From positions 199,268,001-199,332,000 of the forward strand of contig OX597815.1 in assembly GCA_951406725.2 (NCBI GenBank): a DNA stretch of 64,000 nt, given 5' to 3'. Shown here piece by piece: positions 11,857 to 26,390 of this stretch (position 1 is its first letter; the number at the start of each line of letters is the position of its first letter). Under the pieces are notes generated by a model. It worked only from the letters and a program-made list of their open reading frames with translations. It was not told where the DNA came from and searched no databases. A program made the position numbers and the translations under genes. The DNA is from Octopus vulgaris (Eukaryota).

Positions 11857-12252
11857 TCTTTACATATAAACGTGAGGTTGTGTGCTGTCTGTCTCCTACG
11901 ATTTAGATTCCTAACTACTCCCACATTTTGCGGGGCAGTTTAACCAAAACCGGGTATCTTATAGTCGTGATTCATATCGAGCCCTTCTGGGTATTAGCGC
12001 GCGTCTATGATGAGTCTACGATTTTTAAAAAAATTACCATCAATTTTTCCCATTTTTAATGCATTTTTGGCATATATAAGGGAAGTAACTCTCTAAAAAT
12101 TTATTAAATCTCAGAACGTAAAAAGCTACAGTAACACTCCCCCCCCCTTTGTTGTTAGCCATATTGAGATGGCTATTATACTTTACATCTCTAAAAATGC
12201 TTATATAGTTATTTCCCTTACAAACCCGAGCAACACCGGGCGATACTACTAG
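11857..12252 (+). mobile_element. Non-autonomous Helitron
   Basis: A|TC 5' end, subterminal hairpin CCCGAGCAACACCGGG, CTAG|T 3' end, no TSD. Confidence 0.85.
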
Positions 12253-13442
12253 TATATATATATATATATATATCGAACAGTGTAATCTTCTGTGTTATCG
12301 GAAACTATCCAAGAACTTGGAATTCCTATATATACATATGCAAACACTTGGCTCACAAGGCAACACTCATGCAAATGAAACCAAATATATCACTCATTAT
12401 TACCAACCGACGTTTTTATTGCATGAGTTGCTATTGTTGTTGTTGGTGGTGGTGGTGTGTTTATTGTTTATCCGCAGGTTTGCCCTATCTGACGGAGGCT
12501 TGTGATTAAAGGGGTTATTTTTACTGTCCTGCTCTCTCTCCTTCTAATTCTGGGCTTTGCATATCTAGAACTGTATTTACCAATATGTTATTCATCCATT
12601 CTGCGAACAACAACAATACTTGGGGTGCGGTTTTTAACGAGATTTACACTGATATTTGTAAACAAGTCAAACAACCATTGTAGAAACCACGTCGTTAGTT
12701 CGAATAACAAACAGTGATAAAATGGATGGAAGAAGGTCAATTTAATCAACAATAACCATCCATTAATTGTATAGCAATGCAATAACGTGAGAAATCAATA
12801 CATGTATCATAACACCTATCTTTAAATATACTAATTATCGGTTGATAACACACAACTCACCGCAGAAAACAAGCACGTACACACTGCACATACAGGCAGC
12901 TGACGATTCACACTCACATACAATAGCATATATGCACACGCATCCACGCAGTTTCTGATCGCGACCTCAATTGGAATACTTTAGTTCTTCAGTGTCTTCA
13001 GTTATCCGCTAAATCTTTGCAAGTATTGAAACATTTATCTTACATATCGGCAGGTGTTACAGACAAACCGAATAGTCAGAAAGAGTCACGTGAAAGTATA
13101 AGATGGCTGACAGACAATATAGTATTCTGCTGTTCATTACAATAAATGCGTGCTTCTACACAAACACATACACACACAGACACTCATATATATATATATG
13201 TGTGTGTGTGTATACATACATATATATACATATATATTTACATATATATATATACATACACACAAACATATTTGTATATATGTGCACATATGTAAGTGTG
13301 TCTATATGTGTGTGTGTTTTGTGTGTGTACATATATATATATAGATATTTTATACCTACACATAAGTATAAGTTCATACAGATATAAATATATCTATATG
13401 TATACAGGTATGCATATATTTATAGACATAGCTATACATACA

Positions 13443-13500
<58 letters not shown>

Positions 13501-13577
13501 CATATATTTACTCACACACATATATATACACATATAGATACATGCATATAAATATAGATGTACATATATGGACACAC

Positions 13578-13609
<32 letters not shown>

Positions 13610-13636
13610 TCATATATATATATATATATGTATTAC

Positions 13637-13693
<57 letters not shown>

Positions 13694-14439
13694 GAGAGTG
13701 CGTCTTATAGACACACATGTATATATATACGTGTATGTATGTCTCTATATACTTATAGATAAACACACGTATATATATACATTTACACATACAAACGCAC
13801 ATATATACATATACATACATATATCGATTAGATGAGAAACCTCTGTTGTTAAAATGATAATTACTTCTTTAATTTGTTTATATATATCTTATCAACACAT
13901 TGTGATTTTTCATTTTCAACCACGTATTCCCAAGACACAGTTATCTCCAAGTTTCTGTCTCTTCCTCGCCTGGCTTTACCCTCCAATTATTATTTTTTTT
14001 TTCTGTTTACTCTTGTTTACGTCAGTTTCAACTTTTATGTTTCCTACCGCCAGGTAATATATACGCATATGTATGAATATATGCGCACGCACGCAAGCAG
14101 ACACGTAGACACGTAGACACGCATACGTGCTCAGCCCTTATCACGCACGCACAAGACGCGGTATGATCTATAAGGATTTAGCGCAGTCAGGGGCAACCTG
14201 CAGTCCGTGGGAATTTCTGAGAGGCACATGCAAAGATAAAAAACATTGTTTCCAGGCAACTGATATCCACACACATATACACACGCGCGCACACGTATAC
14301 TCACAATCTTACACATACACACACATAGACAGACAGACAGACGGACGTATGGGTTGATGGATAGACAGATATACAACCAGACAGGTTTGTAGAGAAAAAG
14401 ATAGATATATAGATAGATAAAAAGACAGACAGACAGATA

Positions 14440-14507
14440 AAAAGACAGATTGAAAGAAAGATAGATAGATAGATAAATAGATAGATAGATAGATAGATAG
14501 ATAGATT

Positions 14508-14581
<74 letters not shown>

Positions 14582-14596
14582 CAGACAGCTAAACAG

Positions 14597-14639
<43 letters not shown>

Positions 14640-14644
14640 TAGAG

Positions 14645-14680
<36 letters not shown>

Positions 14681-14823
14681 GCATACATGCATACATACAT
14701 ACATACATACATACATACATACATACATACATACATACATACATACATACATACATAGATACATTCATACATACATACATACATACATACATACATACAT
14801 ACATACATACATACATACATACA

Positions 14824-14852
<29 letters not shown>
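14440..14852. repeat. (GATA)n-(TA)n-(GA)n-(CATA)n compound microsatellite
   Basis: Direct reading. Confidence 0.9.
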
Positions 14853-14854
<2 letters not shown>

Positions 14855-15530
14855 GGTAGAAGCCATAGGCACTCATAATAAAAAGGAATACTGATGGAAC
14901 GTACCAGTGAAAACCTCAGTAAAATATAAGCACAACACACCCGACATAATGACTTGGAATGGCGAAGAGAAACGGTGCACAGTTGTGGAAATTAACTGCC
15001 CAGCGGATGTTAACATAAAGCTGAAGATCAGTGAAAAAGAGAACACCTATGCTGAACTATTGAGAAATCTGCAGTTACTCTATCCAGATTACACGTTCAG
15101 GTTTATGCCTGTAGTTATTGTTGCCCTGGGATTCGTAATACACTGCCTAAATACCAATCTTGAGGAATTAGGCTTTTAAAAACCAGAAAGAAGAAAGCTA
15201 AATCGAAGACTACAGATCCAATCCATCACTGAGACCTAAAAATCTGTAAAAATTTCCAGAAGTTTACTATTTAAACATATATGAGCATGTCTAGATATGT
15301 AACTATGTGCTGGAGAATACATACATAAAACATACACATCTGCACATACATATATACATACATACATACATACATACATACATACATACATACATACATA
15401 CATACATACATACATGCATACATACCCTGTTGTTGATGCTGAAATTCCAATGAAGGAGCTTTGAATCTAGTTTAGAAACCGGCTCTTGCTCTATTGAGAA
15501 AAAATCTTGAAATAAAACTGAGTGATGCCT
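14853..15530 (+). mobile_element. 5'-truncated non-LTR retrotransposon with restriction-like endonuclease (R4/Dong/NeSL-type), embedded in (TACA)n
   Basis: W.VPVKTSVKYKHNTPDIMTWNGEEKRCTVVEINCPADVNIKLKISEKENTYAELLRNLQLLYPDY.F...PVVI.ALG (PD..E..P..EK..Y REL motif), with stops. Confidence 0.8.
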
Positions 15531-16290
15531 TATATATATACATACACACATACATACATACATACATACATACATACATACATACATACATACATACATA
15601 CATACATACATACATACATACATAATCTCAACGCTTTGTATGTATTTGCTGTCCGATTTTCCTTCTCCCAAATTTTGAAATGAGATCGAAATATAAAGGT
15701 TAAGTGAAATAGTTTTAAAATATTTAGTAACTATTTATCATTTGCAATGAAAATCGAAAGTAATATAGCAGTGAAAAGTTTGTTCTACTTTCTTTACGTG
15801 AAAAACATTTCCTTCATTCTATTCAAATAATAATTTCTAGAACGTCAGCGGAAGTGAAAAAGAAGCAAGTACAAGTTTAAAGATGGAGACAGGAAGTAGA
15901 AGTGAAGGTGAATGCAGCCAATAAAAGCAGCAGATGGCATTCAGTAATGTTACAGCGAATTTTTCTTAAATTTTCTTATTTTCACACGTAACTGAAGTGA
16001 ATCAAAAGCTGCAGAATACAGCTGTGAGTCTAAAGTAAATATGTTCTCCAAAATCAAAAATAAGAGAAACATTTTTATCGAATTGTGTAAAAACTAAGAT
16101 TTTATATACGGTTTTAATAACAGTTTGGACTGATCCAAGAGTGTTGGCTACGTATATAGACATACTTCCTTTAGAATCATTCTATATAAAACAGTTATTC
16201 TACTAGACATGTTAGGTACTCATTGCTTTCTTTGTATGACTATTAACAAATATAATGGATTATACCTTGCTGCGTCTACATGTACATATG

Positions 16291-16578
<288 letters not shown>

Positions 16579-17034
16579 TATGTATGTATGTATGTATGTA
16601 TGTATGTATGTATGTATGTATGTATGTATGTATGTATGTATGTATGTATGAATGAATGAACGTATGTATTCCTATACACATTTATAGATATATATATATA
16701 AGTGCGTCTTTGCAAATGGGTGAGTGTGCGTAAATGTGTTTGTATGTGTGTAGATTTAGTTTTGTGTAAACGTCTATATGCGTGATATTTTCTTGTTGCT
16801 TAAATTCATATATAGGAACCAGAGTTTCTAAACACAAAAACAAAGCAAAAAAAAAACACACCTGCCTCATTGGAATTTAAATAAGAAATGAAATGTAAAA
16901 ATACATCGTTAAAACTACGTAAGTATGTCTGCGTGAAGTATGTACTTCTGTCTATATTCAAGCACGTTTATATATGAGCAAATATGTATAAATATGTACA
17001 CATACATATGAATATATACATACACTAATTCATA

Positions 17035-17079
<45 letters not shown>

Positions 17080-17303
17080 ACGGGGTATGTGCACTGCCAT
17101 ATGTGTGTGTTCGTGTAGGTATACGCATATGCATACATATATATGCATCTATAAGAATAGATGTGTATATACACATATAAATGCACAGATATTTCTATAT
17201 ATATGCACGTGTATATATTATATATATATATATATACATGCATATAGATAGATAGATACAATCATACATATATTAGTGTTGGCATGCATACGTATATATG
17301 CAT

Positions 17304-17370
<67 letters not shown>

Positions 17371-17742
17371 CGTAGCTATACCAATGAAAATACATCTACA
17401 CACAAATATAGAGCATGCAAGCAAATATAGAAATATACATACATATATGCATACATGAACACACACATATACACACACACATACACGAATCGAAATGGTG
17501 TGTTTCTCTATAGAATATCTGTTTTTATTTTTCTGCTAACCAATGAAGTTCTGAACTAGCTGTTGGTCAAATTGTCAGTACATCAAGTGCAGTTTGATAT
17601 ACGGTTGCATTGTGGGAGACTGCAACGCTAAGATCTGACAAGCTGTGATAAGTCAAAGACTTGGAACATTTCTCTTTATATTTATACATCTCGAAATTTA
17701 CGAAATATGGGGTGCAATTCAATTGAGAAATTTCAACACGTT

Positions 17743-17771
17743 CTCTCTCTCTCTCTCTCTCTATCTATCTC

Positions 17772-17802
<31 letters not shown>

Positions 17803-17852
17803 CTCTATCTATCTATCTCTCTCTTTCTCTCTCTCTCTCCCTCTTTCTCCCG

Positions 17853-17914
<62 letters not shown>

Positions 17915-17944
17915 CTCTTTCTCTCTCTCTCCCTCTTTCTCCCG

Positions 17945-17976
<32 letters not shown>

Positions 17977-18169
17977 CTCTCTTTCTCTCTCTCTCCCTCT
18001 TTCTCCCTCTCTCTCTCTCTCTCTTTCTCTCTCTCCCTCTTTCTCCCGCTCTCTCTCTCTCTCTTTCTCTCTCTCTCTATCTATCTATCTCTCTTTCTCT
18101 CTCTCGCTCCCTCTTTCTCCCGCTCTCTCTCTCTCTCGGTCTCTCTGACCCTCTCTTTCTTTTTCCCCA

Positions 18170-18209
<40 letters not shown>

Positions 18210-18290
18210 TTTTTTCTCTCTTTCTCTTCCGCTCTCTCTTCCACTCTCAATCTCTTTCTCTTTCTCTCCCACTGCCAATCTCTCACTCGC
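17743..18290. repeat. Long (CT)n polypyrimidine tract with higher-order subunits
   Basis: Recurring CTCTCCCTCTTTCTCCCGCTCTCT and CTATCTATCT modules. Confidence 0.9.
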
Positions 18291-18469
18291 CACCCTCTCC
18301 CACGCTGCCTCTTTCTCCCCCATGCTCTCAATCTCTCTCTTTCCCTTTCACTCTCTCGCTTCCTATCAACCTCATCATTTAGCTTTTCTTGGTCAACCTC
18401 AGCTATTTAGCTCATGTTTCAAATATATATATATCTTTCTGGACATGTGCGCTCGTCAACATATTCGCT

Positions 18470-18503
<34 letters not shown>

Positions 18504-18652
18504 CGCGACTTCTTAGGAGCATATATACATATATCTACACACATATCTACGTACATACTATGGATACCTAGTCAGTTAACTAGCTTCATACACAGATAGA
18601 CACAGACAGATACACACAGACAGATATGTTTCTTTATTATCCACACAGGGCT

Positions 18653-18755
<103 letters not shown>

Positions 18756-18943
18756 TATGATACTCATAAAGTTACAGCTCAATATACAAAACACATAAAA
18801 ACAAATTTATGTGCAAAGTATCTGAATTGAAACAGCTGTAATGAACTGACATTTATCCATCCTCTGGGTTTTATTCACCAGCGTGTGTGTGTGTGTGTGT
18901 ATGCCCGTATATACTTACATAGGTACATACATATATATATATA

Positions 18944-19110
<167 letters not shown>

Positions 19111-19289
19111 AAATGTATGTATATTATGCTATGTACTCTTGTAACAATAGACACCGTTCAACTTTAAAGCAATTTCACCAAACTGGATACATTGATCATT
19201 AAACTCTATAATTAGCTACATTCCACTTGGCATTTATATTCGCACCCCCTCCTCACCTTCCTCTAAGTAAATAATTGCTTGCCTACAAC

Positions 19290-19430
19290 CTAACATATTT
19301 TCTAAATTTACTTCCCATAGTTCTTGCTATAATATTTCCTCTTCCTGCAAACATGGAAGTAGCCAAAGAGCATTTGAGGCACATAATGCTTTATGAGTAC
19401 AAAAACAAAAAGGAAACTCTGCAGCCAAAG
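19290..19430 (+). mobile_element. 5' fragment of a mariner related to 53132-54603
   Basis: ATGGAAGTAGCCAAAGAGCATTTGAGGCACATAATGCTTTATGAGTACAAA (MEVAKEHLRHIMLYEYK). Confidence 0.8.
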
Positions 19431-19503
19431 CGACTTCATAAAACCAAACCACCATTTACTCATTATGACAGTATGTGAGATGTGAATCCTTACCTAATAC
19501 ATT

Positions 19504-19592
19504 CTCCTTGATGAAGGAGGCAGTTTCTAAAATCTGGATATGAATAGCCTTTATAGGTATGGGTTTCTGTTCCCTTGAAACGGCCGTTGGAG
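19504..19592 (+). ncRNA. Type-I hammerhead motif with long stem II (C3U)
   Basis: CUCC-UUGAUGA-AGGAGGCAG...CUGUUCCCUU-GAAACGGCCGUU|GGAG; palindromic stem III ACGGCCGU, stem I CUCC/GGAG. Confidence 0.7.
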
Positions 19593-19662
19593 TTTCTTCC
19601 CTTAGTTATTGAAACTAAAGTACGACCATCCAATTACTGGAAACTTTACCGTCCATCTAGAT

Positions 19663-19837
19663 CAGTGCTTTTCAAACTTTTTGCTGGAGCGGAACCTCAA
19701 GGAAACATTCCACTGGCTCGAGGAACCCCTGTGCAATAATTTAATAGTCTTATGCACACATTGCCGATTTTAGCAGTTTTGTAACTTCTTGCGGAACCCC
19801 TGGTCTGTACTGGCGGAATCCTGGTTGAAAACCACTG
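19663..19837. mobile_element. hAT (Charlie/Buster-like) MITE
   Basis: TIRs CAGTGCTTTTCAA / TTGAAAACCACTG, 8-bp TSD ATCTAGAT. Confidence 0.9.
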
Positions 19838-20216
19838 ATCTAGATGCTTAAACATTGCTTTATTCACCTTTTCACGAAGATTCTCACTTTTATTTTTTCC
19901 TTTTTTTTTAAATATAGCTTCTAGATAACTTTTTAACAACGCCTGTAAGTAACCTTTTAATAGGACAATGTCTTTAATATATACATTTCACGATGCTAAT
20001 ATATTTTTATGCATCAATATAGTATTTCTACCTGTTTATGTCTATTATATTTTGATTTATTTATCTATTTGTAATATTTTTTTATATTTTTAAATATTTT
20101 AATGGGTGATACATTAAATACATTTTAATAATTTGCATACACTGACTTTATGGCTGAGTATATGTTGTAGTATTATTCTGAATTGTTGAACCCACCTGAA
20201 TTCTCCTTATAATATG

Positions 20217-20296
<80 letters not shown>

Positions 20297-20368
20297 ATGT
20301 CTCAGGTTGTCTACCTGAGCACTTCACAGCGCTTTCTATATAATAAACGAAAATATAACTATATGTAA

Positions 20369-20408
<40 letters not shown>

Positions 20409-20448
20409 GTATATGTATACAAATATATATATTATATATATATATAAA

Positions 20449-20498
<50 letters not shown>

Positions 20499-20678
20499 AT
20501 AATAATATTAGGGAGTAAATCCAAACTTACAGGGAAAATTTAATTTAAATATTTTAATTTGGAATATTATATTTTATATTTTTATATATTTTATTAATTA
20601 ATTTTATTTCTATGTTTTATTTCTATGGTTTTCACTGTTTGATTTGCCTAATAGTGGTTTTATCTTTAATTTAATATA

Positions 20679-20710
<32 letters not shown>

Positions 20711-21741
20711 CTGATATAATTATTTATTTTAACACACGTCATAAGTCTTTTCTACTTCAGTTTGTTTCTATTACTTAATAAGTTAATCTAATGTCTATGT
20801 ATGGGAGAGAAAAGGAGAGAAATATCTATGAAAAGGCTGGCGCTTTACCATTATGCTTCCTTGTTCGATTTTCAGTACATGAGATATTAATGAAAATTGC
20901 TAATAAATATACGCATATTATTTATATAAATATGAATTTTTCGTTCATTTTTCTTAAATCAACTGAAAAGTTTTCGGTCACTGTAGCTGATAAGAAATAT
21001 CTTACAAAGTCACGCTATGATAGTCTGTTACGTAACAGTAGGAAGATGAAACAGGAAAAGTTTAAGAAAGAGAAAAGACAAAGAAAGACAAATAAAAGGA
21101 AATAGCTTTTCACTAACCTATTATACTGTGAGCGGACGTTAAAATTAACTCAAGAAAAATCTGAGAACATTTTACATTTATCTAAATATGTATGGACGTT
21201 TATTGAAATCTATAATATTACGTATTATGCGACGACTCGATAACAGAACCTGCGGAACAATAATAGCGAATCTTAAGCTTCTAATATAAATTATAGAACT
21301 ACTTCATATATTGAGCTTCTGGTTATCTAATGCTGTGTACATCTACGTGCATTTGTAATTGTCTTTTCTTCAGCGTATATGTGTATGCGTGCGAGTAGGT
21401 GTGTATATCTTGTGTGTTTGTGTGTATGTGTTCATACACACACACACACATATGCACACACATATATGCACACATACATATATACATATATATGGTGGCG
21501 AAAGGGGAAATAGGAAAGCTTCTGACAATGCGCAAAGTTTAACAAAACCTTTATATTTCAGGCGAAAAGGCCCAACATCAAAAGAAAAACAGCCTGGTGG
21601 CGGTCGTGGTGGTGGTCGACGTCGTCATCGTGATCGTTGTTGTCGTGGTGGTGGTTGTGGTGGCGGCGGCTGAGGCAGCGGCGGCAGCGTACATTATGGT
21701 CTTGGTCGCAGTCGCTGTCATGTTTTCGTAGGAACCACTGA

Positions 21742-21972
21742 TTAACAGTTAAATTTTTCGGGTTGAGTCGGTGGATCAATCGAATCTCTTTTATATATAG
21801 ACTGCCAATATTCTTCTCCGAGGCCAGTATGGAGCCGTCTATTTCCATGGGGGTATTGCTGTACCTGGTCAGGTGTTTGCAGAAGGAAAACACGTGGATA
21901 GTGAGATGCTTCTTAATTCAGATATGCTGTGGTCGTACTCTGTAACCGATATAGTAGTTGTTGCATAGGATT
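21742..21972 (-). pseudogene. Decayed GIY-YIG endonuclease C-terminus, Penelope-like element relic
   Basis: CNNYYIGYRVRPQHI*IKKHL...SFCKHL...SILASEKNIGSLYIKEIRLIHRLNPKNL fits C..YIG.T.R.L..RI.EH...H...IL..E....L.I.E...I....P.LN. Confidence 0.65.
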
Positions 21973-22109
21973 ATCACCGGTCGTACTGAGTATAGCAATA
22001 ACGTCAACAAAATAAATTCTTTATTTTTGAAAACTGCGTCCACAGAAAGTATTATTTCCGGATAAATACAGCCAAGCATTTGCTTTGTTGCAATGTTAAT
22101 ATATAGATT

Positions 22110-22494
22110 GGAAAGCACTCCGTCGGTTACGACGACGAGGGTTCCGGTTGATCCGATCAACGGAACAGCCTGCTCGTGAAATTAACGTGTAAGTGGCTGA
22201 GCACTCCACAGACACGTGTTCCCTTACCGTAGTTCTCGGGGATATTCAGTGTGACACAGAGGGTGACAAGGCCGGCCCTTTGAAATACAGGTACAACAGA
22301 AACAGGAAGTAAAAGTGAGAGAAAGTTGTGGCGAAAGAGTACAGCAGGGATCACCACCAACCCCTTCCGGAGCCTCGTGGAGCTTTTAGGTGTTTTCGCT
22401 CAATAAACACTCACAACGCCCGGTCTGGGAATCGATACCACGATCCTACGACCGCGAGTCCGCTGCCCTAAACACTGGGCCATTGCGCCTCCAC
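22110..22494 (-). mobile_element. SINE family B flanked by a 133-bp direct duplication
   Basis: Full family B sequence; flanks 21973-22105 and 22497-22629. Confidence 0.9.
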
Positions 22495-22697
22495 TGATCA
22501 CCGGTCGTACTGAGTATAACAATAACGTCAACAAAATAAATTCTTTATTTTTGAAAACTGCGTCCACAGAAGGTATTATTTCCGGTTAAATACAGCCAAG
22601 CATTTGCTTTGTTGCAATGTTAATATATATGTATGTGCGTTTAGACAGATTGATATATAGAGAGATAGATATACACACACACACACACACATAAATA

Positions 22698-22744
<47 letters not shown>

Positions 22745-23056
22745 CATATGGTATAATTATAAACGGCAAGTTTTAGCTATTTCTCCGCAGACTGAAAAAC
22801 ATTGAAGAACAACCAAAATTGATTTTCGCACTTTATTGAGTTCTCATCGGAGGCTTCTACACCATTCGGTCATTCTCCAGAGAAACGTGCAGCCAAACTA
22901 TATATATACTTAACAAATGCAGTAGTTACTCAGTTACTCTATGAAGGGTTCCCTAATTTGCATACCAAAAGTGTTTAACACTCTATAAATACCAGCGGCC
23001 TGTCGACGGGGATCTTAGTCCACACAGTATCAAGGTATGATTTAATAATATTAATA

Positions 23057-23437
23057 GGAGCACTCCGTCGGTTACGACGATGAGGGTCCCAGCTGATACG
23101 ATCAACGGAACAGCTTGCTCGTGGAATTAACGTGCAAGTGGCTGAGCACTCCACAGACACGTGTACCCTTAACGTAGTTCTCGAGGATATTCAGCGTGAC
23201 ACAAAGAGTGACAAGACCGGCCCTTTGAAATACAGATACAACAGAAACAGGAAGAAGAGTGAGAGAAAGTTGTGGTGAAAGAGTACAGCAGGGTTCACCA
23301 CCACCCCCTGCAGGAGCCTTGTGAAGCTTTAGGTGTTTTCGCTCAATAAACACTCACAATGCCCGGTCTGGGAATCGAAACCGCGATCCTACGACCGCGA
23401 GTCCGCTGCCCTAACCACTGGGCCATTGCGCCTCCAC
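23057..23437 (-). mobile_element. SINE family B
   Basis: Full family B sequence; TSD ATCAAGGTATGAT. Confidence 0.9.
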
Positions 23438-23761
23438 ATCAAGGTATGATATCATATATATGAAACAATTGGTATAATTATAAACAGGGCAAATTTTAGC
23501 TATTTCTCCACAGCATACATATTATTTATCGTATATTTTGTTTTTATAACTTAGTGTCGTTACTCTGGGTGTTCCTTCATCTTAGTAAAGTGGAAAGCAG
23601 AATATTCTTTCGTCCTAGTAATGTGGATTCATTGTTTGTGAAGATCGCTTACCTTGTTACTGGTTGATTTTCTTCATAGATAATCTTATAAAATTTAGAT
23701 AATGCTTAGATACTGGCGTTTCGTTTTGGGGAGATTAGTAGCACACACACACACACACGCA

Positions 23762-23837
<76 letters not shown>

Positions 23838-24051
23838 AACACACACACATATATATTTATATGCTCGAAGTGAGGAGTAGTTAGACTATTGATGAAGGGT
23901 TGTTCTTTATGTTATTTGTCCTGTTTTCAATTTGTTTCTCTCGTTGTTTGCGTATTGAAGTCATTTATTTTCGTATTTCATGTTGTTTACTGTTCGTCAC
24001 GTCCTATATATGCATATATGTATGTTGATCCCGCCAATACCGGAATAGCAA

Positions 24052-24139
<88 letters not shown>

Positions 24140-24141
24140 TA

Positions 24142-24201
<60 letters not shown>

Positions 24202-24213
24202 CATATCTATCTA

Positions 24214-24297
<84 letters not shown>

Positions 24298-24332
24298 CGC
24301 GTGTGTATGAATACATATGTATATCTTTATAC

Positions 24333-24435
<103 letters not shown>

Positions 24436-24798
24436 TATATATCGTTTGCTATTCCTTTATTGGTGGGATCAACAAAAATGTTAAAAGAGTATTCCATCCA
24501 CTCAGAGATAAACAGCTTTTAATATATAAAAGAAAATATCTAAATACAAACCACAATTCGTTTCATAGTGTGAAAACACAATAAACTAGCAAGATTATAT
24601 ATGAAAGTTTGCGCTCCTAAGCATTTTTAAAACCTAAATATACAACAGCCCCAGCCATGCTGCATATTTCATTCTGGAATATTGGTTGAAAACACAAGAC
24701 ACGATATATATTGCGTTTATTGTGTTTTCGCAGCATGTAATTAATAATAGCTGATATTTAAATATTGTGTATATTAAATGATACATACACGCCTATGT

Positions 24799-25437
24799 GT
24801 GAAGGTGCGTGGCTTAGTGGTTAAGGCATTCGGCTCTTGATTGTAAGGTCGTGAGTTCAATTCCCGGCGACGCGTTTTGTCCTTGAGCAAGACACTTTAT
24901 TTCACGTTTTTCCAGTCCAGTCAGCTGGCAAAAATGAGTTGTACCTGTATTTCAAAGGGCCGGTCTTGTCACACTCTGTGTCACGCTGAATCTCCCTGAG
25001 AACTACGTTAAGGGTACACGTGTCTGTGGATTGCTCAGTCACTTGCACGTTTATTTCACGAGCAGGCTGTTCCGTTGATCGTAGCAGCTGGGACCCTCGT
25101 CGTCGTAACCGACGGAGTCTTAAGAAGAAGTGGTTAAGGCATTCGGCTCTTGATTGTAAGTTCGTGAGTTCAATTCCCGGCGACGCGTTTTGTCCTTGAG
25201 CAAGACACTTTATTTCACGTTTTTCCAGTCCAGTCAGCTGGCAAAAATGAGTTGTACCTGTATTTTAAAGGGCCGGTCTTGTCACACTCTGTGTCACGCT
25301 GAATCTCCCTGAGAACTACGTTAAGGGTACACGTGTCTGTGGATTGCTCAGTCACTTGCACGTTTATTTCACGAGCAGGCTGTTCCGTTGATCGTAGCAG
25401 CTGGGACCCTCGTCGTCGTAACCGACGGAATGCTCCC
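24799..25437 (+). mobile_element. Tandem dimer of SINE family C
   Basis: Units 24799-25120 and 25129-25437; one TSD ACACGCMTATGT (24787-24798, 25441-25452). Confidence 0.9.
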
Positions 25438-25884
25438 AAAACACGCATATGTATATCCGCCACCACCTAGTCCAATAAATTACTTTTACAACTTCGAGCC
25501 ACACACACACACAACACTCATTATTTAACAGCCAAATATCAACTTTTCCCTCTTATATAGGAAGAACCTATCTCGCTTTCTATATTAATTTACACATAAC
25601 TGTACATGTGTGTGCACGCGTATGTGTGTGTATGAATCTGTATCTATATTGCCATTTGTGTATGTATAAGTACATCCATGGATGTATGTGTGTTGACCTA
25701 CGAGTAGCCATATATGTGTGCGAAGAGGCGCAGCAAGGTGAATATGCAGATGCATGGATATACACATCACCTTCCTAGGTTTTATCTAGTCCCATTGGAC
25801 CACCCCTCTTTTTGCTATCTGATATATTCTATAAGCCACGTTACTTTACTTTTGATGTTTACCTGAATGATTTAGTCATTTTCA

Positions 25885-25981
<97 letters not shown>

Positions 25982-26030
25982 TTATACATATACATTACAT
26001 ATATATGTATATATATACAGAGAGAGAGAG

Positions 26031-26107
<77 letters not shown>

Positions 26108-26111
26108 TAGA

Positions 26112-26172
<61 letters not shown>

Positions 26173-26174
26173 GT

Positions 26175-26390
26175 ATGCATTTAAACACATGAGAAACTAC
26201 CTTTTAACAGGTGATTTTACACGCTAGAAGAAGCAGTCAAAAACGATCAAAACCACGTTTAAAGGGCAATTTTGGAAGGGAGTGAAAAATAAAAACTTTT
26301 ACCTTGTTATTTTTTTACGGTCATACCTAGGTTTCAATTTTTTTTAGCACATAAACTATTTTGCTATGCGAATTCTCATCAGTAACCGCG
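26175..26390 (-). mobile_element. HHR-bearing repeat family F, second copy
   Basis: Homology to 11515-11720. Confidence 0.75.
26318..26388 (-). ncRNA. Type-I hammerhead ribozyme, canonical core
   Basis: CGGUUA-CUGAUGA-G-AAUU...AAUU-GAAA-CCUAG-GUA|UGACCG; 6-bp stem I, palindromic stem III ACCUAGGU. Confidence 0.8.

Noticed and set aside
22749-23513. About 42-bp direct repeat TGGTATAATTATAAAC...TTTTAGCTATTTCTCC.CAG as a TSD or LTR
   Set aside because: Does not abut the enclosed SINE, which has its own 13-bp TSD; resembles a common degenerate dispersed repeat
24440-24770. PLE-like terminus with GAAAACACAATAAAC inverted repeat as a long-stem HHR
   Set aside because: No recognisable CUGANGA core
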